A stretch of DNA of 64,000 nt. It comes from a bacterium (GTDB lineage: Bacteria > Patescibacteriota > Minisyncoccia > Moranbacterales > GWC2-37-73). The stretch is from NCBI GenBank assembly GCA_037140955.1, contig JBAXDL010000004.1, positions 15,268 through 79,267 on the forward strand. Direction: 5' to 3'. A model generated the notes under the pieces. The model searched no databases. It was not told the origin of the DNA and saw only the letters and a program-made list of their open reading frames with translations. Of this stretch, positions 58,333-64,000 are shown in pieces; within the stretch, counting starts at the first letter, position 1; each line of letters begins with the position of its first letter. A program made the position numbers and the translations under genes.

Positions 58333-60180
58333 ATGTCACAAACATTTTACATTGATCTGGAGGAAGAAATATCATCAGTGGTGGATAGGCTTAATAAGTC
58401 TATTTCAACTGATAATTTCTTTGTTTTGCCAAAACGTGCAATTTTTCTTCAGAGTATTGTAAATTTGAAATTGCTTAAGCGTGAGGCTGAAAAAGTTGGA
58501 AAGAGGATTGTGATTGTTACTCAGGATGAAATTGGTGCTTCAATGGCAAAAAGATGTGAAATTGAGGTTCGCTCCGTCATGGAAGAGGCAGTTGCAATGC
58601 AAAATGTGGAGCAAGTGCAAGTATTTGAGGAGGAGCTGCCAGAGGTAGAATATCAACCACCTTTGCAGCAAAAAAAACAAACAAGATTGAGTGAAATTGG
58701 TTCAAATAATTTTTATGATGCAGGAATGCAAAATAAAAAGCAAGAAGTTGGTTTTGCGCCAGCACCTGTCCCACAGCAAAAAAGCATTAAAGCAAGCGGT
58801 GATTTTCTTGGTTTAAAAAGAGCTGATTCTTTGCAGAGAGAAAAATTGCCATCAAGGATTAATATCATGCAGCCAGTTGCCAAGCCGATGCTAGGTGGCT
58901 TGAAAAAATCAACAATGGCGTTATATGATAATAAATTGAACAATGAAAAAGAAAAGGCCTTAGAAAAACTCTATTCATCTCACGATAAGCCACAAAAAAA
59001 GACTGGCAGTGAAATTGTTCCCATGGATGGAAAGGTAAAAAGTATTTTTATTATCTTTACCGTACTCTGTTTTTTTGCTTTTGTAGGTGTTGGACTTTAT
59101 TTGTATTTGCCAACTGCAAAAATAAGTGTTGAGCCGAACATAATAAAGAGTAAAACTGATCTAAGTCTTACTGCAAACACTGAGATTGCAAAGGTTGAAG
59201 GATCCAAGCTTCCACTGAGGATTATAGATAAAGAAGAGACGCAAACTTTTCCCTATGAAACAAAGGGGGTTGGAACTACAAGTGGAAAAAAAGCCCATGG
59301 AAGCTTAGCAATTTTTAATGAATATGATTCATCTGCTCAAACTTTAGTTGCTAGTACAAGGTTTGAATCTTCAGATGGAAAAATTTTCCGTCTAAATAAA
59401 AATGTAATAGTTCCTGGTTCAACTACTGTGGATGGTCAAGTGAGAGCTGGGTCAGTTGTTGCAGAGGTTACAGCTGATCAGGCTGGATCTTCTTTTAATA
59501 TTGATGCTGCATCATTTTCTATTCCTGGTTTTAAGGACAGTCCTAAATTTGCAAAATTCTCAGCAAAATCAACGGAAAAAATGATTGGTGGTGGCGATGA
59601 TGGCGGTGCTGCTGCTGGAGTTGTGACTCAACAAGACTTGGATAGTGCAAAGCAAAAAGCACAAACGGCAATGAAAGAAAAAATATTAGAGAGCATAAAT
59701 GTTGACTTGAAAGACAAGGAGGTTTCCTTGTCTCAAGCCCAGCAGGTCATAATCTCAAAGACAACTACTACTGCTAGAATTGGGGACACGCTTGGAACTT
59801 TTAATTATGTTGTCACTGCCTCTGCACGCGCCTTGGTTTTTTCCGAGGGTGATGTGCGCAAGGCCGTTGACGGTTCAATTGCTCTTGATGCTCAAAATAA
59901 GGACAATAAGCGGGATATTTCAAAAATCGAATATGGCACGGCTGATGCTGATTTTGAAAAAAATACCTTAGATTTAAAAGTTCATGCTGAAATAACTGAC
60001 ACTCCAAACATTAAAACTGATGAAATAAAGGGTCAAATTCTTGGTAAAAATGACGAACAATTGGGTGTATTTTTGAAGAAATATTCAACGATTAAAAATG
60101 TTAATATTGAGTTTTGGCCAACATTTATTTCAAGGATTCCTCAATATGGTCAAAGAGTTACCGTTGAGATCAAAAAATAG
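58333..60180 (+). CDS. Membrane protein with an extracellular baseplate-J-like domain
   Basis: N-terminal cytoplasmic region (VNLKLLKR), one TM, then A-x-G-x-x-x-IFN, TRF and A-x-x-x-G-x-x-FN motifs; follows the ftsA-like gene. Confidence 0.6.
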   Translation: MSQTFYIDLEEEISSVVDRLNKSISTDNFFVLPKRAIFLQSIVNLKLLKREAEKVGKRIVIVTQDEIGASMAKRCEIEVRSVMEEAVAMQNVEQVQVFEEELPEVEYQPPLQQKKQTRLSEIGSNNFYDAGMQNKKQEVGFAPAPVPQQKSIKASGDFLGLKRADSLQREKLPSRINIMQPVAKPMLGGLKKSTMALYDNKLNNEKEKALEKLYSSHDKPQKKTGSEIVPMDGKVKSIFIIFTVLCFFAFVGVGLYLYLPTAKISVEPNIIKSKTDLSLTANTEIAKVEGSKLPLRIIDKEETQTFPYETKGVGTTSGKKAHGSLAIFNEYDSSAQTLVASTRFESSDGKIFRLNKNVIVPGSTTVDGQVRAGSVVAEVTADQAGSSFNIDAASFSIPGFKDSPKFAKFSAKSTEKMIGGGDDGGAAAGVVTQQDLDSAKQKAQTAMKEKILESINVDLKDKEVSLSQAQQVIISKTTTTARIGDTLGTFNYVVTASARALVFSEGDVRKAVDGSIALDAQNKDNKRDISKIEYGTADADFEKNTLDLKVHAEITDTPNIKTDEIKGQILGKNDEQLGVFLKKYSTIKNVNIEFWPTFISRIPQYGQRVTVEIKK

Positions 60181-60434
60181 CTTGTAGTAAGCCATTTTTT
60201 GCTGAATTTGGTCATTTTTTGTCTATCGATTTAATTGTGGGCTATACTAATAGAAAGAGCTTATATGTCGGGGTTGACAAGAAAAGGATACTTTGTTAAG
60301 ATTTATATACGTTTTTGAAAAAACTTAATAGTTTGTCTGGAGTAGAGGAAATTACTATTCGAATTTAGTCAATGAAGATAGTTTTCTGCAAGTAACTGGC
60401 ACCTCTATTTTTATGTTGTAATATAATTTAAAAT

Positions 60435-60659
60435 ATGGCCCCAAAACAGGAAAAAGAGCTGATAAAGCTAGAAGGAACTATTATTGAAACACTTCCTAGT
60501 ACTACTTTTCGAGTGCGTTTGGACAATGGACATGAGGTGCTTGCTCATATTTCTGGTAGGATGAGGGTTAATTATATTAGACTGCTTCCGGGCGACAGAG
60601 TTCTCATGGAAATGAGCCCATATGACCTTACAAAAGGACGAGTAACACAAAGAATGTAA
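60435..60659 (+). CDS. infA: Translation initiation factor IF-1
   Basis: LAHISGRMR and GDRV..EMSPYDL motifs. Confidence 0.97.
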   Translation: MAPKQEKELIKLEGTIIETLPSTTFRVRLDNGHEVLAHISGRMRVNYIRLLPGDRVLMEMSPYDLTKGRVTQRM

Positions 60660-60750
60660 TAACTAATAACTAAAGACTCACAACTAATGACAGTTGCTCT
60701 CAGAGCTGCTGGAGAAAAAGTTATAAGTAGTTGGTGGTAGAAAAAAAATT

Positions 60751-60864
60751 ATGAAAGTACGAGCATCAGTTAAGAAAATGTGCGCAAAATGCAAGGTTGT
60801 TAGAAGAAGGGGTAAAGTTTACGTCATTTGCTCAACCCCTAAACATAAACAACGCCAAGGTTAA
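60751..60864 (+). CDS. rpmJ: 50S ribosomal protein L36 (Zn-binding form)
   Basis: Hand translation [37 protein letters not shown]; below the ORF-track cutoff. Confidence 0.97.
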   Translation: MKVRASVKKMCAKCKVVRRRGKVYVICSTPKHKQRQG

Positions 60865-60937
60865 TAGTAATTTATTTAATTAAAGTTTTAAATTCTCCCA
60901 AAGTTTGGGGTAAAAAATTTAAAATTATTTTTGTATT

Positions 60938-61324
60938 ATGATACGTATCGCTGGAATAAATCTACCTGATGAAAAAAGAATTGATGTTGCTTTGACTTAT
61001 GTTTTCGGGATTGGTCCATCAACTAGTAAGAAACTTTTGAAGCTTCTTGAGATTGACATGAGCACTCGTACCAAGGATTTGTCTGCTCAAGATGCAAACA
61101 GACTTCGTGATGAAATTGAAAAGAAATATAAGGTTGAAGGTGAGTTGAAGCACGAAGTTAAGATGAACATCAAGCGATTGAAGGAAATTGGAAGTTATCG
61201 TGGAAGCAGACATCAAAAGGGCTTGCCAGTAAATGGTCAGCGCACAAAGACCAATAGTCGTACCGTTAGAGGAAATGTTAGAAGGACTATGGGCAGTGGA
61301 AGAAGAAGCGAATCAAAGACATAG
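60938..61324 (+). CDS. rpsM: 30S ribosomal protein S13
   Basis: RIAGI, YRGSRH and GLPVNGQRTKTN motifs. Confidence 0.97.
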   Translation: MIRIAGINLPDEKRIDVALTYVFGIGPSTSKKLLKLLEIDMSTRTKDLSAQDANRLRDEIEKKYKVEGELKHEVKMNIKRLKEIGSYRGSRHQKGLPVNGQRTKTNSRTVRGNVRRTMGSGRRSESKT

Positions 61325-61442
61325 AGATAAAGTTTTAGATTGTTGCTACTTGGCTTATTTATCTAAAATATACACATAGAACTTATAAACATTTTATAAA
61401 AAGCTTGAGAGTTTAAAAACTAAGAAGCTAAAACCTGATAAT

Positions 61443-61904
61443 ATGGCAGATGAAATTAAAACAACTGAAGAAATAATGGCTGAATTGTCTCCTGCAGTTC
61501 CTGCTGTTGAGGCCACAGAAGCTGAGATAAAAAAGAAGAAAAAGAAACTTAAAAGACAGGTTACTAAGGGTCAAGCTCACATCAAATGCACATATAACAA
61601 CACTATGGTGATGATTTCTGATGCCAATGGTGGTTTGCTTGGATGGTCAAGTAGTGGTCTTTTGGGCTTTAAGGGGGCAAAAAAGGCAACTCCTTATGCT
61701 GCAACTCAGGTTGTGCATGATGTTAGTGAGAAAGTTAAAAAATATGGTGTGCATGAGTTGGATGTTTTTGTGAAAGGTGTTGGTTCTGGGAGAGAATCAT
61801 CAATTCGCTCATTGGCAAACAAGGGTTTTGAGCTTACTGCTATCAAAGATGTGACTCCAATTCCTCATAATGGATGCAGAGCAAAGAAACCAAGACGAGT
61901 GTAG
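61443..61904 (+). CDS. rpsK: 30S ribosomal protein S11
   Basis: YNNT, TPYAA and DVTPIPHNGCR motifs. Confidence 0.97.
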   Translation: MADEIKTTEEIMAELSPAVPAVEATEAEIKKKKKKLKRQVTKGQAHIKCTYNNTMVMISDANGGLLGWSSSGLLGFKGAKKATPYAATQVVHDVSEKVKKYGVHELDVFVKGVGSGRESSIRSLANKGFELTAIKDVTPIPHNGCRAKKPRRV

Positions 61905-61945
61905 ACAATAATTTCAAATTTCAAATTTTTATAATATAAGAAGTT

Positions 61946-62581
61946 ATGGCAAGAGATTTATTAGGATCAAAATGTAAGAGATGTCGCAGAGCTCAAGAAA
62001 AACTTTTCTTGAAAGGTGACAGATGCAATAGCGCAAAGTGTGCTATTTCACGTCGTCCATATGCGCCAGGTGTGCATGGAAAGAATATTTCACGAGGACT
62101 TTCTGAGTTTGGAAAACAACTCGCAATGAAGCAAAGAATCAAACGCATGTATGGTGTTTTGGAAAGACAATTCCGCAAGCACTATGATGAAATCAGCAAC
62201 AAATCTGGTGTTACTGGTGACTTGTTGATGACTCGTCTTGAACTTCGTTTGGACAATGTTGTTCGAAAGATGGGACTAGCTTCTTCTCCTATTCAGGCAA
62301 GACAGTTGGTGACTCACGGAGCATTTTTGGTGAACGGAAAAAAACTTACTATTCCTTCTTGTTGGATTAAGGTTGGAGATGTTGTTTCTGTTAAGGAATC
62401 AAAGAAGGATAATGCATACTTCAAGAATCAGATTCAGACACTTGCAAATAAGAAAGATTTTCCTCGTTGGATTCAATTCAATCAATCAAAATTGGAAGGC
62501 ACAGTTATTGCATTGCCAACACGAGAGGATGTCGGAGTTCATGTTGATCCGCAAATGGTTGTTGAATCATATTCTCGTTAA
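61946..62581 (+). CDS. rpsD: 30S ribosomal protein S4
   Basis: CKRCRR, PGVHG, LELRLDN and ARQLVTHG motifs. Confidence 0.97.
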   Translation: MARDLLGSKCKRCRRAQEKLFLKGDRCNSAKCAISRRPYAPGVHGKNISRGLSEFGKQLAMKQRIKRMYGVLERQFRKHYDEISNKSGVTGDLLMTRLELRLDNVVRKMGLASSPIQARQLVTHGAFLVNGKKLTIPSCWIKVGDVVSVKESKKDNAYFKNQIQTLANKKDFPRWIQFNQSKLEGTVIALPTREDVGVHVDPQMVVESYSR

Positions 62582-62705
62582 CAGAATTTTTTGTTCATAT
62601 TGTCAGGCTTTGCTTGGCAATAAAGGTTTGATATATTAACTTTTTTAACTCAAAAACGCTTTTCTTGTGGAGGTACTTCCATGATTTCTGCGTTAGAAAG
62701 AGGAT

Positions 62706-63674
62706 ATGCAGACAGTGTCACTTCCTCAAAAGCCAAAATACACCCCAATTGATGAGAAGAGTGGGAAATTCGAAATCATGGGATGTTATCCGGGTTATGG
62801 TATGACCCTTGGTAATGCGCTTAGGCGTGTTCTTTTAGCATCTCTAGAAGGTGCAGCAATTACCTCAGTAAAGATTAAAGGTGTTTCTCATGAATTCTCA
62901 ACTCTTGATGGAGTTATGGAAGATGCAGTGCAGATTATTTTGAATCTTAAAAAAATTCGTTTTAAGATGTACAGTGAGGAACCAGTTAAAGTTACTCTTA
63001 AATTCAAAGGTGAAGGAAAGGTAACTGCAAAAGAGATCAAATGTTCTTCTGATATTGAAGTTGTTAACACTGATCAGATCATTGCAACTGTAACTGACAA
63101 GAAAGTTGAATTTGAACTTGAACTTGAAGTTTCAAAAGGTCTTGGATATGTTCCAATTGATCAACAACTTAGACCTGAAAAAGAAATTGGTGTAATTGCT
63201 ATTGACGCCGTGTATACTCCAATTCGTCGTGTGAACTATGAAGTTGAGAACATGCGTGTTGGAAAGAGAACAGATTACAACAAAATCACACTTGAGGTTG
63301 TGACTGATGGAAGCATTACTCCGGAAGAAGCCTTCACTAAAGCTGTAACAATTTTGGTAGCACAATTTTCAGTTCTTGGTGGAATTGAAATAGTTGAAGA
63401 AACTTTAGCTGTGGAAACTAAAGAAGCTGAAATAGTTGAAGAAAAAGTGGTTGAGCAAGAAGCTGCTGACCCACTTAAGATTAAAGTTGTTGACCTTAAA
63501 AATCTTTCAACAAGAACCCTTAATGTGCTTGAAGCTAGCAAGATTGTTAAAATTAAGGATATTGTTAAACACAATGAAGAAGAGTTGCTTTCATTGGAAG
63601 GAATGGGAAGCAAAGGAATCAAGGAAATTAAAAAATCAATCGGAGAATTTGGTATTACACTTAAACAGGATTAG
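62706..63674 (+). CDS. rpoA: RNA polymerase alpha subunit
   Basis: GYGMTLGNALRRVLL, HEFS and DAVYTP motifs; alpha-CTD. Confidence 0.97.
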   Translation: MQTVSLPQKPKYTPIDEKSGKFEIMGCYPGYGMTLGNALRRVLLASLEGAAITSVKIKGVSHEFSTLDGVMEDAVQIILNLKKIRFKMYSEEPVKVTLKFKGEGKVTAKEIKCSSDIEVVNTDQIIATVTDKKVEFELELEVSKGLGYVPIDQQLRPEKEIGVIAIDAVYTPIRRVNYEVENMRVGKRTDYNKITLEVVTDGSITPEEAFTKAVTILVAQFSVLGGIEIVEETLAVETKEAEIVEEKVVEQEAADPLKIKVVDLKNLSTRTLNVLEASKIVKIKDIVKHNEEELLSLEGMGSKGIKEIKKSIGEFGITLKQD

Positions 63675-63682
63675 TAAAATAT

Positions 63683-64000
63683 ATGAATCATCTTGGAAGA
63701 ACTAGAAAATTTAGCAGAGTAAAGAAACAACGCGTGGCTCTTTTGAAGACATTGTTGGGTAGTTTTATCATGAAGGAAAAAATTACTACAACTGAAGCAA
63801 AAGCAAAAGAAATCAAGCCAATGGTTGATAAGATTATCACGAAGGTAAAAAAGATTTCTGCTGATGAAGCAAAGAAGGTTGCGATTTTGAGAGACCTTCG
63901 CAAAGGACTTCCTTTGGTTGCAGTGAAAAAGATTTCAGGTGAATTTTCTGTAAAATTTGCTCAGCGATCAAGTGGATATACTCGTATCATGAAAATCGCA
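63683..64000 (+). CDS. rplQ: 50S ribosomal protein L17 (truncated by the window end)
   Basis: MNHLGRTRKFSR...ITTTEAKAKE...GYTRI. Confidence 0.95.
   Translation, partial: MNHLGRTRKFSRVKKQRVALLKTLLGSFIMKEKITTTEAKAKEIKPMVDKIITKVKKISADEAKKVAILRDLRKGLPLVAVKKISGEFSVKFAQRSSGYTRIMKIA

Noticed and set aside
58333-60180. Prophage or tailocin
   Set aside because: No other phage structural genes; the gene is membrane-anchored and lies in a core context.
1-64000. tRNA/rRNA genes
   Set aside because: None were recognised in the intergenic regions by eye.

Overview
AT-rich bacterial chromosome segment in genetic code 11, with almost all genes on the + strand. The gene content points to a Patescibacteria/CPR (Parcubacteria-like) genome; this is an inference from the short AspRS/ProRS, alpha2 GlyRS, type IV pilus block, ftsA-like + baseplate-J-like pair and SD-less core genes. 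Core content: msrB/msrA, ABC systems, a HelD-like ATPase, a pilB/pilC/pilin cluster, adh, a DEAD-box helicase, glyS, tyrS, proS, aspS, ispH, scpAB, mraY, pgk, eno and the infA-rpmJ-rpsM-rpsK-rpsD-rpoA-rplQ operon. A variable region at about 22-39 kb holds the most interesting material. (1) A compact RiPP-like locus: an unannotated 52-aa four-Cys precursor (30213-30371, -) separated by a terminator hairpin from a radical SAM/SPASM maturase. (2) A FadL/PorV-like beta-barrel gene in a presumed monoderm. (3) A vanX(frameshifted)-ddl-nucleotidyltransferase insert bounded by a 184-bp duplication of a histidine kinase 3' end. (4) Tandem diverged small genes ahead of a Tat-lipoprotein, plus an MNT-HEPN toxin-antitoxin pair. 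Non-coding highlights: a Gly T-box with an ultra-short stem I, separated from glyS by an inverted-repeat-flanked GxxExxY cassette, and two dispersed copies of a covarying three-way-junction element (41885-41981 and 52698-52809). All family assignments come from motif recognition by eye; no database searches were run.
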